Below, one piece after another: positions 20,790-30,426 of a DNA stretch of 64,000 nt; the first letter of the stretch is position 1; each line of letters opens with the position of its first letter. Source of the DNA: a virus (Duplodnaviria; Heunggongvirae; Uroviricota; Caudoviricetes); the IMG/VR virus record IMGVR_UViG_2563366947_000002. One strand, given 5' to 3'. Under the pieces are notes generated by a model. That model did not search any database. It was not told where the DNA came from and saw only the letters and a program-made list of their open reading frames with translations. Made by a program: the position numbers and the translations under genes.

Positions 20790-20980
20790 AAACTGAGAGT
20801 TAAATTTCGGAATATTTTTGTATTCTCAATTCATTCTCAAATAAATCTCACTGTCAGATCATCATTCATTGGGTGATTAAGATATTCTCAAAGTGAACTC
20901 AATAAGCGCTCTTTTTATCTCGTTTGGTGTGGATTTTTGGGTGCTTCTCTTTTAAAATTACATTTTGATTCTCAAATGTG
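20790..20980. repeat. parC-like centromere repeats (ATTCTCAA iterons) upstream of parM
   Basis: At least four copies of (T/C)ATTCTCAA at 20822, 20833, 20883 and 20967. Confidence 0.4.
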
Positions 20981-21001
20981 TCTCAGAAGTGGAGCAAGAA
21001 G

Positions 21002-21958
21002 ATGCGCATTTTTATCGATGATGGTTCAACCAATATCAAAATGCTGTGGGAGCACGACGGGGAAACCCGCACTCACATCAGCCCTAACAGCTTTAAGCGC
21101 GGATGGTCAGCAACATTTGGTGCTGGCAAGCCGTTTAACTATGTCATTGACGACGAAAAGTATTCGTATGATTTGATCTCGCCAGATGTTCTGCCGACGA
21201 ATAACGTGGAATGGCAATACAGCCCGCTTAACGTCCTGGCTGTTCACCATGCCCTGCTGACAAGCGGTATTGAGCCGCAGGAAGTAGAAATTGTGGTCAC
21301 GCTGCCTCTGGCAGAGTTTTACGACGACGACGCGCAATACAATCTCGATAACATCGAGCGCAAGAAAGCCAGTCTTATGCGCCCCGTCACGCTGAATAAA
21401 GGCAATGTGTTCACGATTAAGAAAGTTACGGTACGACCGGAGTCTATTCCGGCAGGAATTGGCCTGTGCGACAATCTGAACCCTGCCCATTCTGTTCTTA
21501 TCGTCGATTTGGGTGGAACTACCCTTGATGTTTCAATGGTCGCCGGGCAAATGACGGCAGTTTCCCGTGTTTTTGGCGATTCGAATCTTGGTGTATCACT
21601 GGTCACCAGGGAAGTAAGGCAAGCACTTGCCAGAGCCAATACCGAAACGTCAAATTACAATGTCGATCAGCTCATTATTAACCGCCACGATGAAGATTAT
21701 CTGAACGACAATATCAATGACCCATCAGCGGTTGGTGATGTGAAAAAGGCCATTGCCGCAAGCATTGACCGTCTGCGTACCCGCGTTCTTGATGTGATTG
21801 GCGACTTTAAAGGATATACGCATGTCATGGTGATCGGTGGTGGCGCACCGCTGGTGGCAGATGCAATTCGCGAGCAAGTTAATATTCGTGATGACCGTTT
21901 CTTCGTGGCGGATGACCCGCAACTTGCTCTTGTTCATGGCCTGAAAGCAATCGGTTAA
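21002..21958 (+). CDS. parM: actin-like plasmid segregation ATPase ParM/StbA
   Basis: MRIFIDDGSTNIK and ISPNSFKR match the ParM N-terminus; GGAG RBS before the ATG at 21002 (ORF track starts at 20978). Confidence 0.8.
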   Translation: MRIFIDDGSTNIKMLWEHDGETRTHISPNSFKRGWSATFGAGKPFNYVIDDEKYSYDLISPDVLPTNNVEWQYSPLNVLAVHHALLTSGIEPQEVEIVVTLPLAEFYDDDAQYNLDNIERKKASLMRPVTLNKGNVFTIKKVTVRPESIPAGIGLCDNLNPAHSVLIVDLGGTTLDVSMVAGQMTAVSRVFGDSNLGVSLVTREVRQALARANTETSNYNVDQLIINRHDEDYLNDNINDPSAVGDVKKAIAASIDRLRTRVLDVIGDFKGYTHVMVIGGGAPLVADAIREQVNIRDDRFFVADDPQLALVHGLKAIG

Positions 21959-21965
21959 CGAGGTA

Positions 21966-22310
21966 ATGTCCATGTCTCAGGAACGTAAGAAAGTGATGAT
22001 TTATCTTCGCCCAGAGGCTTATGCCAATGAAAAGGCGGCGAGCGAGAAGATAAAAAAACATAGCGATATGGCAAGAACCGCATTGTTGGCAGGGCTTGCG
22101 CTGGGAGAAGTCGATAGCAGGCTACCAGGATTACTGGCTTCCCTGCTGACCGAAGACAATAACCCGGAGCTGATCCGAAAAATGCTGGCATCCTTCCTGG
22201 AACTACCAGCTGTGATTGAGGAGCGCCCTGCCTCCATTGAGCCAGTGAAGGAGCAAGTTGTTGCCAAAAGCGCGTCGGCGCGCAATCTGGCTGACTCTCT
22301 ACCTGATTGA
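21966..22310 (+). CDS. parR: ParR-like centromere-binding adaptor
   Basis: 114-aa ORF right after parM; ALLAGLALG resembles the R1 ParR motif. Confidence 0.55.
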   Translation: MSMSQERKKVMIYLRPEAYANEKAASEKIKKHSDMARTALLAGLALGEVDSRLPGLLASLLTEDNNPELIRKMLASFLELPAVIEERPASIEPVKEQVVAKSASARNLADSLPD

Positions 22311-22330
22311 CAGAAAATGTGCTGGTTTAA

Positions 22331-22353
22331 GGCTGCAAATTGCAGCCTTTTTT
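22331..22353 (+). terminator. rho-independent terminator after parR
   Basis: GGCTGCAAATTGCAGCC hairpin followed by TTTTTT. Confidence 0.6.
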
Positions 22354-22382
22354 ATGCCTTAATGGTATCTAATCGGTGTTAA

Positions 22383-22558
22383 TCTGGAGCCAGTTAGGTG
22401 CTGTTATGATGCAATTTTGTATCTGGTTCCAATTTGGGGCTGATTTCGTGTTAAATAGGATGCAATATAAGGTGTATTTGGTTTGATTGATGTTATACTT
22501 TGCCAAACATTCATGACTCCATTATAGAGCCTGTCCCGCATCAAAAAGGCTCTTATCT
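22383..22558. repeat. three ATCTGG..CC repeats upstream of the small parA (possible operator/centromere)
   Basis: ATCTGGAGCC at 22383, ATCTGGTTCC at 22421, ATCTGGAACC at 22547. Confidence 0.3.
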
Positions 22559-22597
22559 GGAACCGTTTTGATACCAAAATCACACCGAGGAACGGAT

Positions 22598-23239
22598 ATG
22601 ATTATATTGGTAGTCAGCCAAAAAGGTGGCTGTGGAAAATCAACCACAAGCGTAAACATCTGTGCGGAGCTTGCCCGCGCAAATAAGGATGTAGTGTTAC
22701 TAGATGCAGATAAGCAAGGAACAGCTGCCCGCTGGGCAGCTGACCGTAACACGGCAGAGGTTTCTCCTGTTATTCATTGTGTCCAGAAGTTTGGTAATAT
22801 TCGAGAAACACTTCTCGATCTGGATAAGCGTTATGAATTTGTTGTTGTTGATACAGCCGGGCGCGATAGCAAAGAGATGCGTACAGGCATAACCGCTGCA
22901 GATATTGTGTTGGTCCCATTCAGACCATCTCAACCAGATTTAGACACGCTGGCACACTTTGTTGAAGTGTTTGAAGAGGCTTTGGACCTGATGCCTAATC
23001 CTAGCATTAAGGCGTTCGCAGTCTTAACAATGGCCCCATCCAATCCGGTTGTGAATGAAACCAATGAGGCCAAAGAGTACCTGGCTGAATATCCGCAACT
23101 GAAGTTGCTGAAAACCATCATTCGTGATCGTAAGGTTTACCGCGATTGCATGGCTGAAGGGAAGGGCGTTGTTGAGATGGACAACGGGAAAGCTAAAGGT
23201 GAAATCCAGATGTTGGTTAAGGAGTTATTAAGTGATTAA
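22598..23239 (+). CDS. parA: small Walker-type ParA partition ATPase (type Ib, ParF-like)
   Basis: Deviant Walker A (VVSQKGGCGKST), about 213 aa; GAGGAA RBS before the ATG at 22598. Confidence 0.8.
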   Translation: MIILVVSQKGGCGKSTTSVNICAELARANKDVVLLDADKQGTAARWAADRNTAEVSPVIHCVQKFGNIRETLLDLDKRYEFVVVDTAGRDSKEMRTGITAADIVLVPFRPSQPDLDTLAHFVEVFEEALDLMPNPSIKAFAVLTMAPSNPVVNETNEAKEYLAEYPQLKLLKTIIRDRKVYRDCMAEGKGVVEMDNGKAKGEIQMLVKELLSD

Positions 23240-23519
23240 GCCTCGTAAATCGGTAAAAGCCCCCGAAGTAAAAGACCCCGATCTTGAACGCCGAATTGAG
23301 GATTTTGCAAGTAAGGCTGATTTGGTGCCGGGTGAGCAACCAGAAGACAACAAAGTGCTCGATAAGGACGCTCCACGTGATTTTAAATCTATTCGTGTTG
23401 GTTTCAATGAATACGAGTACCAGTTACTTGATGCGTTAAGTAAAAAGCATAATCGCAGCAAATTGAATATGATCCGCCATGCTATCCTCATGTTAGCGGA
23501 GTCTGAGGAAGCAAAATAA
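23232..23519 (+). CDS. ParG-like partition protein (ribbon-helix-helix candidate)
   Basis: 95-aa ORF overlapping the parA stop by 8 nt; charged N-terminal tail, C-terminal region compatible with RHH. Confidence 0.5.
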   Translation: MIKPRKSVKAPEVKDPDLERRIEDFASKADLVPGEQPEDNKVLDKDAPRDFKSIRVGFNEYEYQLLDALSKKHNRSKLNMIRHAILMLAESEEAK

Positions 23520-23787
23520 AGCCTTTCAGGTTGGTTTTAGAACTTAAAAAGTCTTGAACCAAAGGTGCACCAATACACCACTAATTTGGTGCACCTTTAC
23601 ATCCTTTTTGGTTCCAATTGTGTACCATTTGTCATTAATTTACTTATGCGCAAAAGTGGGCTTCATGAAAAAGCTCATTATTGAAATAACGATAGAAAGC
23701 AATTTCTAATCAACTAGTGGTTGTCAGCCTATTCGGCTTATAAGATCATACGCTGTTATACGTTGTTTACGCTTTGAGGAATCCACA

Positions 23788-25449
23788 ATGAGTGAGGCAG
23801 AAGCCCGCCCGACTAACTTTATTCGTCAGATCATCGATGAAGATCTGGCCAGTGGTAAGCACACCACAGTACATACCCGTTTCCCGCCGGAACCGAATGG
23901 CTATCTGCATATTGGTCATGCGAAATCTATCTGCCTGAACTTCGGGATCGCCCAGGACTATAAAGGCCAGTGCAACCTGCGTTTCGACGACACTAACCCG
24001 GTAAAAGAAGATATCGAGTACGTCGAGTCGATTAAAAACGACGTTGAATGGTTAGGTTTTCACTGGTCTGGCAACATCCGTTACTCCTCCGATTATTTTG
24101 ACAAACTCCATGCCTATGCTGTTGAACTGATCAACAAAGGCCTGGCGTATGTTGACGAACTGACACCGGAACAGATCCGCGAATACCGCGGCACCCTGAC
24201 GCAGCCGGGTAAAAACAGCCCGTACCGCGACCGCAGCATTGAAGAGAACCTGGCGCTGTTCGAAAAAATGCGTGCCGGTGGTTTTGAAGAAGGTAAAGCC
24301 TGCCTGCGTGCGAAAATCGACATGGCTTCGCCGTTTATCGTGATGCGCGACCCGGTGCTGTACCGTATTAAGTTTGCTGAACACCACCAGACTGGCAACA
24401 AGTGGTGCATCTACCCGATGTACGACTTCACCCACTGCATCAGCGATGCGCTGGAAGGTATTACGCACTCTCTGTGTACGCTTGAGTTCCAGGACAACCG
24501 TCGTCTGTATGACTGGGTACTGGACAACATCACCATTCCTGTTCACCCGCGCCAGTACGAATTCTCGCGCCTGAATCTGGAATACACCGTGATGTCCAAG
24601 CGTAAGCTGAACCTGCTGGTGACCGACAAGCACGTTGAAGGCTGGGATGACCCGCGTATGCCGACCATTTCCGGTCTGCGTCGTCGTGGTTACACTGCGG
24701 CTTCTATTCGTGAGTTCTGCAAACGCATCGGCGTGACCAAGCAGGACAACACCATTGAGATGGCGTCGCTGGAATCCTGCATTCGTGAAGATCTCAACGA
24801 AAACGCCCCGCGCGCAATGGCGGTTATCGATCCGGTGAAACTGGTTATCGAAAACTATCAGGGCGAAGGCGAAATGGTCACCATGCCGAACCATCCGAAC
24901 AAACCGGAAATGGGGAGCCGTCAGGTGCCGTTTAGCGGTGAGATTTGGATTGATCGCGCCGATTTCCGCGAAGAAGCTAACAAGCAGTACAAACGTCTGG
25001 TGCTGGGTAAAGAAGTGCGTCTGCGTAATGCTTATGTGATTAAGGCAGAACGCGTCGAGAAAGATGCCGAAGGTAATATCACCACCATCTTCTGTACTTA
25101 TGACGCCGATACCTTAAGCAAAGATCCGGCAGATGGTCGTAAAGTGAAAGGCGTTATTCACTGGGTGAGCGCGGCACATGCGCTGCCGGTTGAAATCCGC
25201 CTGTACGATCGTCTGTTCAGCGTGCCGAACCCAGGTGCTGCGGATGATTTCCTGTCGGTGATTAACCCGGAATCGCTGGTGATCAAACAGGGTTTTGCTG
25301 AACCGTCTCTGAAAGAAGCGGTAGCGGGTAAAGCATTCCAGTTTGAGCGTGAAGGTTATTTCTGCCTCGACAGCCGCCATTCTACGGCGGAAAAACCGGT
25401 ATTTAACCGCACCGTTGGGCTGCGTGATACCTGGGCGAAGTTAGGTTAA
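23788..25449 (+). CDS. glnS: glutaminyl-tRNA synthetase
   Basis: 553-aa translation is near-identical by recall to E. coli GlnS over its full length (HIGH motif [17 protein letters not shown] motif); own upstream region and terminator. Confidence 0.95.
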   Translation: MSEAEARPTNFIRQIIDEDLASGKHTTVHTRFPPEPNGYLHIGHAKSICLNFGIAQDYKGQCNLRFDDTNPVKEDIEYVESIKNDVEWLGFHWSGNIRYSSDYFDKLHAYAVELINKGLAYVDELTPEQIREYRGTLTQPGKNSPYRDRSIEENLALFEKMRAGGFEEGKACLRAKIDMASPFIVMRDPVLYRIKFAEHHQTGNKWCIYPMYDFTHCISDALEGITHSLCTLEFQDNRRLYDWVLDNITIPVHPRQYEFSRLNLEYTVMSKRKLNLLVTDKHVEGWDDPRMPTISGLRRRGYTAASIREFCKRIGVTKQDNTIEMASLESCIREDLNENAPRAMAVIDPVKLVIENYQGEGEMVTMPNHPNKPEMGSRQVPFSGEIWIDRADFREEANKQYKRLVLGKEVRLRNAYVIKAERVEKDAEGNITTIFCTYDADTLSKDPADGRKVKGVIHWVSAAHALPVEIRLYDRLFSVPNPGAADDFLSVINPESLVIKQGFAEPSLKEAVAGKAFQFEREGYFCLDSRHSTAEKPVFNRTVGLRDTWAKLG

Positions 25450-25475
25450 TAGGTATTTCGCCACATAAAAAAGTA

Positions 25476-25499
25476 AACGCCGCTACTGCGGCGTTTTTT
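25476..25499 (+). terminator. rho-independent terminator after glnS
   Basis: AACGCCGCTACTGCGGCGTT hairpin plus T-run; abuts the dam-like stop codon. Confidence 0.7.
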
Positions 25500-26403
25500 A
25501 CTTCATTATTGCAATTATATCGTTAGCAACTACACGTGTTGACGCCTTGCAGGACACCGACCGTCTGGCTGCCATATGATGTACTTTAAACCCGTTTCCT
25601 TCATATAGTTCACGGATGTTTGGCGCACCACTATTTGTTATCACTACCTTAGCGCCGCGCTGGTGGGCTTCCACCAATAGAGATACCAGCCGTTTCTGTT
25701 CGTCGAAACGGAAGCTATTTCCTGAATAACTGGTAAACCCTTCTGTATCCGGCAGCGGTTCATACGGCGGATCGCAAAAAATCACATCGCCTTCACCAGC
25801 CGCCTCGATGACGCCAGCAAAGTCACCTGATACAAAGGACGTGTTTTTGAGTACGTCATCAGCCAAAAATGCCTCCATCTCTGCATGTGGGAAGTAGGGC
25901 GCTTTGTATTTGCCATACCCCACGTTGAACTCGCCATTTTGGTTGTACCGCGTTACGCCATTAAAACAGTGCCGATTAAGGTACAAAAAGGCGGCAGCAT
26001 GATGTAGCTGGTCATACTTTCCTCTGTTAAATGCCTCACGCACTTCGAGGTAAGCGTCAGCGTTGTTGTAATTTTGGAAAAAACTATATGACAGCGTGAC
26101 AAGCGAATGTCCTTCTCGCTGCAATGTCTGATAGAAGTTAATCAGGTCACCGTTAATATCATTAAGCAGGTTGTGGCGAAATCCTGCATTCGTAAATACG
26201 GAACCGCCACCAACGAATGGTTCTATTAACCGCTTACCGTGTGGTAGATGCTCAAGCACTGTAGGCAATTCTGAGAATTTACCACCTACCCATTTGAATA
26301 TCGGACGCTCATATTCATCCGGAGTCCGAATGGTGCGCATATAGCTAATTTCAGCCATCGTATCCTGTTTTTCTATGGCTATGCTTGCTATAGATTTACT
26401 CAT
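25498..26403 (-). CDS. N6-adenine DNA methyltransferase, Dam family (Dmt Dam-like part)
   Basis: FKWVGGK and DPPY motifs; preferred start is the ATG at 26401-26403 with AAGGGGG RBS (ORF track extends to 26499). Confidence 0.75.
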   Translation of the reverse strand: MSKSIASIAIEKQDTMAEISYMRTIRTPDEYERPIFKWVGGKFSELPTVLEHLPHGKRLIEPFVGGGSVFTNAGFRHNLLNDINGDLINFYQTLQREGHSLVTLSYSFFQNYNNADAYLEVREAFNRGKYDQLHHAAAFLYLNRHCFNGVTRYNQNGEFNVGYGKYKAPYFPHAEMEAFLADDVLKNTSFVSGDFAGVIEAAGEGDVIFCDPPYEPLPDTEGFTSYSGNSFRFDEQKRLVSLLVEAHQRGAKVVITNSGAPNIRELYEGNGFKVHHMAARRSVSCKASTRVVANDIIAIMK

Positions 26404-27148
26404 AGAGCACCCCCTTATTCGCTTCGAAAACTGCCTTTGCGAATCCATGTGGAGTAGCACTTCGAAAATTAGCCCTGTCAGGCCCTGGTGGCGCGGCATG
26501 GATTCTGTTATCTGGCTTGCCTAATGATTCGTCCATTAGGGCATCAGGCATGACAAAGCCCTGGCCGCTCCAGAGGCATGTTTTTTTGGTGTAGTTATCT
26601 TCCTGACAATATGCAGTGAAGAAGTAAGGGTGAAAGATGTGATCTGGCTTACGCCAGAATGTCGATATTTTGCTGACCGGATTTTCAATCATGTACGGAC
26701 AACCGATCATCTTTGCAATGTCATAACACTGCCAGACAACCTGCATTGCTTTGAACTGGAAAACCGGATCTTTATTAGCCTTGTCCGAAAACCAGCGCGC
26801 GCCGGAAACAGCCAGGTCAGTACACGGTGGGAACCCGGCCAGAAACACGATGCGCTGCAAATTCTTACGGAGAAAAGCGTATACTTCATCGCTATCGATG
26901 ATCGCACTAATACGCGTCAGAACGGCACCTGATTGCATCCGCTCGTCACTGGTCGATAAGTGCTGTGGATCGACGATAGCGGCATCGACACCGTATTCCA
27001 GCCAGGGGGCAACCATTGCCCCCGTAAAATCACAAAGACTCACAACAAGCGGTCGGTTATTATCGTTCTGCTTCACCGCCAATGGCCTCCACCAGCGCGT
27101 TAAACAGTGCAGATAATTCGCCCGTAAAGAGCACGAAATCAGCATCAA
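26396..27148 (-). CDS. putative C5-cytosine methyltransferase-like protein (Dmt second part)
   Basis: Motif-I-like [10 protein letters not shown] motif [12 protein letters not shown] and ENV-like IENPV; only about 250 aa; 5' end overlaps the rdgC 3' end, so the true start is uncertain. Confidence 0.5.
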   Translation of the reverse strand: MMLISCSLRANYLHCLTRWWRPLAVKQNDNNRPLVVSLCDFTGAMVAPWLEYGVDAAIVDPQHLSTSDERMQSGAVLTRISAIIDSDEVYAFLRKNLQRIVFLAGFPPCTDLAVSGARWFSDKANKDPVFQFKAMQVVWQCYDIAKMIGCPYMIENPVSKISTFWRKPDHIFHPYFFTAYCQEDNYTKKTCLWSGQGFVMPDALMDESLGKPDNRIHAAPPGPDRANFRSATPHGFAKAVFEANKGVLYE

Positions 27149-27965
27149 ATCGTTGTGCTACATCCTCCCGGTCGATATCGTCGTTCTGGTCATAGAGATC
27201 ATCACAGAATGTCAGGGCTTTGATACTCATATCATCGTTGACTCTGAACGACGCGCGGTCCATCCAGTTAATTGCAACGGTCGTAGCTACTTTCCCCGCC
27301 TCAATGTGAGACATAATCTCGTCGGACTGTAGATCAATTTTGTTGCAGCGAACGGCACCACCATTATCGAGCAGACCCTTTAATGTGGCGTCTTCACCTG
27401 CTGTAAATCCGGCAGGGAAGCCGTTTTTAAACCACTCGGTCATTGTAATTTCCAGCGGTTCGCGTGGTGTGAATGGAATGACAGGCAGGCTGCCGAGCGA
27501 TTTTCGCAATAAAGCCAGCTGGTCCTCTGCCTTTTTGGCGCTGCTTGCCTCAACGAATACCAGATGGTTGCTGCGGTCGATCAGGATTTTGGCGAGTGAT
27601 TTTCTCGTGAAAGCACGAGGAAGAAGAGAGTGAAGCACTTCATCCTTCAGCGAATCTTTTTCGGTCTTCTTCAGCTTTCTGTCTTGCTCTTCTTCAAGTG
27701 TCAGGATTTTTTTCTGTAACTCTTCTTTGAGCACTTGAGAAGGTAGGATTTTTTCCTCTCGTTTATGCTGTATCAGAAGAAAACCCTGGTATTCATGGGT
27801 GAGGTTGTCACCAAGAACGGAGGTCCAACCAGCTTTAGCCATATCCTGAGAACCGCATGGGGTAAACACAAACTTGCTAAGGGCTGCATTTACTTCTGCA
27901 GTATCCCAGCTAACTTCGCGTGAAAGACGATAGATGAAGATATTTTTGAAAGCGACTGATCTCAT
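27060..27965 (-). CDS. rdgC: recombination-associated protein RdgC (P1 HrdC analog)
   Basis: 301-aa translation aligns with E. coli RdgC along its length ([49 protein letters not shown]). Confidence 0.85.
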   Translation of the reverse strand: MRSVAFKNIFIYRLSREVSWDTAEVNAALSKFVFTPCGSQDMAKAGWTSVLGDNLTHEYQGFLLIQHKREEKILPSQVLKEELQKKILTLEEEQDRKLKKTEKDSLKDEVLHSLLPRAFTRKSLAKILIDRSNHLVFVEASSAKKAEDQLALLRKSLGSLPVIPFTPREPLEITMTEWFKNGFPAGFTAGEDATLKGLLDNGGAVRCNKIDLQSDEIMSHIEAGKVATTVAINWMDRASFRVNDDMSIKALTFCDDLYDQNDDIDREDVAQRFDADFVLFTGELSALFNALVEAIGGEAER

Positions 27966-27973
27966 GTCTCACC

Positions 27974-28013
27974 ATTTGTGTTAGAAAATACATATTAATT
28001 ATCTAACACAAAT
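27974..28013. promoter_or_regulatory. pair of inverted C1-type operator-like motifs in the rdgC promoter region
   Basis: ATTTGTGTTAGAAAA (27974-27988) and TTATCTAACACAAAT (27999-28013). Confidence 0.4.
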
Positions 28014-28024
28014 GGGTGCATTTT

Positions 28025-28678
28025 CTATCCTTTCTTGAAATCGAAGTTGCCAGCAGTGGCCTGAAAGGTTCCTCCTGCCTTGAAAGCTATGTCTCCGTTA
28101 GCGGTGACAGCTATATTTTCCCCATTAACATTGATGTTGTTGGCTGATTTGACGTTAACACTCCCTCCTGCATTCACGATTACATCAGCCGGACCAATGA
28201 TATATATCTGCCCGGACTCATTCATGCCAATCCTTGCGCCTGCTGCCGTATTGGCAATTTCATAGCCGCCACCAGCAGTTCGTACTTCAAGAATATTGTT
28301 GCGGTGAATAACGAAGTCTTTCGTTGCTGAGATTTGGGGGCGGGGAGGTGCTCCATCTACTTCCGGCGGCGTCCAGCCGTTGCCTTTGCCAGATGCTTCT
28401 GGTGCAACGTTTGGAATTCCTCCCGGTGCATCCTGAGCGGCACCAACTATCATTGGGCGTCTGGTGTCTATTCGACCGTTAACATCTAAATAAGGAAACT
28501 CTACCCAGACCAGGTCACCTTTGACTGTGGGTACAAAAGCGTTTCCGATGGGTAACAGGTATTCCGCCCAGGGTAGATCGTCATCAGGAACGCCATTCCA
28601 GTCAGGTAAAACACGGACTTGAGCACGCATAAGCCCTGCCGGGTGCACAGTTCCAACAATTTGCGCTCTACGCTTCAT
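28025..28678 (-). CDS. baseplate central spike protein, gpV/gp5-like
   Basis: 217 aa; N-terminal OB-like region then Gly/Asn/Val-rich repeats (NVNGENIAVTANGDIAFKAGG) compatible with a beta-helix spike. Confidence 0.5.
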   Translation of the reverse strand: MKRRAQIVGTVHPAGLMRAQVRVLPDWNGVPDDDLPWAEYLLPIGNAFVPTVKGDLVWVEFPYLDVNGRIDTRRPMIVGAAQDAPGGIPNVAPEASGKGNGWTPPEVDGAPPRPQISATKDFVIHRNNILEVRTAGGGYEIANTAAGARIGMNESGQIYIIGPADVIVNAGGSVNVKSANNINVNGENIAVTANGDIAFKAGGTFQATAGNFDFKKG

Positions 28679-29655
28679 TTGTTCGGCACTCCCAATATCA
28701 TTCGTGTTGTGTAGCCTACGCGGTCTTCAAAGTGCGCAACATTTTTTACTATCAGCTTACGGGGCATTGATTCATCAATGCGGTTTTCCTGGTCATAGCG
28801 GTATACGATAATCTCTATCACCATCCCCGGTTTTATATCAGGATTGCCTGCGACTTCTATATCCATTTTGGGGACGAGAGACAGCTGCATATTGCGAAGA
28901 GTTTCCATATCAGAGTCGGATATATAACGCACTGGGAGTGAGCTATCGCCATATTCGACGTAGCCATCGGTCATGGAATACCCAACAAAACGATATTGAT
29001 TCTTTGCTGTTGTCGCATGTTCCTGTTGGAGTAGGCGCATTTTGGACAAAGTGTATTCTGCTTTAGGGTTATTCCCCTCGTAGGTAAATGATGGCGTTTG
29101 CTTCATCAGATCAGCCAGGGTGTAAAAGTTAAATTCCCCCCGGCATACCCAACATAATGCACCTTTGTCTCGCGCTATCTCCGAAAGCATTTTTGACGGT
29201 TTGTCACCGGCATTCAGATGATATGTAACTGCGCGTTTTAGCACGCTGCTGGTAATTTTAAGCTTGCCGGAATATGCCTTGAATATAGCGTCTGGTGTTT
29301 TGTTGGTATGTAAATTTGTGCGCGGGGAGGGGATCTTAAACCTGCGCACGTCTTCACTGACAGCAATAACGGTAACAACATCACCAGCCAGCATTGCAGA
29401 CGTAACAAAGAAATCTGTTTTAAAAGTGCCTGCATTACCGTTTGGATCGCCCATTTCAGCCACCAGCGATGCACCGTATTTGGCTTTCCAGTCATCAATT
29501 ACGGTGCCGGTAGCGTCATGAATTTCCAGTTTTAGCAAAGGGGCTTTGAGGCTGGTTTTTTCTACATATACTGCGGTAAAAATCCAGTCTCGTGGCACTT
29601 TGTTATCGTTAATGAGCACTGACTGTAGAAAATATTGTTGTAACTCCTGGGCCAC
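28675..29655 (-). CDS. hypothetical tail/baseplate protein
   Basis: 326-aa ORF coupled to the spike gene. Confidence 0.4.
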   Translation of the reverse strand: MAQELQQYFLQSVLINDNKVPRDWIFTAVYVEKTSLKAPLLKLEIHDATGTVIDDWKAKYGASLVAEMGDPNGNAGTFKTDFFVTSAMLAGDVVTVIAVSEDVRRFKIPSPRTNLHTNKTPDAIFKAYSGKLKITSSVLKRAVTYHLNAGDKPSKMLSEIARDKGALCWVCRGEFNFYTLADLMKQTPSFTYEGNNPKAEYTLSKMRLLQQEHATTAKNQYRFVGYSMTDGYVEYGDSSLPVRYISDSDMETLRNMQLSLVPKMDIEVAGNPDIKPGMVIEIIVYRYDQENRIDESMPRKLIVKNVAHFEDRVGYTTRMILGVPNK

Positions 29656-29658
29656 TTA

Positions 29659-30426
29659 TCACCCCATAGATATCGAGGTTTCGGTAATAATACGTTTTGC
29701 GTCCAACTCCCATGCTGTGATCACGTCTGCAATCACACTTATCGGCGCTTGTGTGGCATAAATACGCTCTTCTCCAATTGGTGCTGAAACATCCGTAAAG
29801 CCGACTTCTTTGGCATCCTGTATCGAGCAAATCAGCGGGACCGGGACACGAACAAGGTGAGTGGTTGCTTCAAATTGTGTACCTGTCATCAGGCGAAGCC
29901 GTGCGCCCAGCGAATTACACATCAGACTCATGGTCGCTTTATCAGTTGCCATTAACGTAACGTCATACGTCAGAATGGCCTGGGTGTATTCCAGTTCTGC
30001 TAAAGGCATTCCGGTATCCGGTTCGCAAAAACTGGCTACTTTTTTGCGGTCAATCTGCTGATCATCGTTGATATAATTGATATCCATAGTGCGTGAGATA
30101 TTGACCAGGGGGAGAGCATCCCGGTTAATGTTCTGGTTTTCAGGTTTTCTCCCTTGCCCGGCATTTGCGCGACGAACTGCTTTAAGAAACTCGATCGCAT
30201 TGTCGAAACGGGCCACATAGACACGCTCTGCTGGTGGACGATTCAGGAATGACGCAAAGCGTTTTTCTTCCGGCGCGGGGGCCACAAGTAAGATATCAGA
30301 AAAAATGTTGCTGATTAGCGTCGCAAACGCGTTATCCACGTTTTCAAAGCCCGTGGTCTGGAATTTTCCTGTGCGTGAGGTTTGCCATTCACCTGTTCGC
30401 GCCAGGAGGGTTTTATTTGAAGTCAT
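29659..30426 (-). CDS. hypothetical tail/baseplate protein
   Basis: 255-aa ORF in the same operon. Confidence 0.4.
   Translation of the reverse strand: MTSNKTLLARTGEWQTSRTGKFQTTGFENVDNAFATLISNIFSDILLVAPAPEEKRFASFLNRPPAERVYVARFDNAIEFLKAVRRANAGQGRKPENQNINRDALPLVNISRTMDINYINDDQQIDRKKVASFCEPDTGMPLAELEYTQAILTYDVTLMATDKATMSLMCNSLGARLRLMTGTQFEATTHLVRVPVPLICSIQDAKEVGFTDVSAPIGEERIYATQAPISVIADVITAWELDAKRIITETSISMG

Noticed and set aside
24052-24894. 280-aa minus-strand ORF inside glnS, and similar long antisense ORFs inside the capsid gene (16207-16902) and the large tail protein gene (7050-7490)
   Set aside because: They lie antisense within confidently identified genes, lack RBS support and have low-complexity translations; treated as spurious.
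26396-26499. Programmed frameshift fusing the C5-like and Dam-like methyltransferase ORFs
   Set aside because: A canonical ATG with strong RBS for the Dam-like ORF overlaps the upstream stop codon, so ordinary translational coupling explains the overlap without a frameshift; not excluded experimentally.
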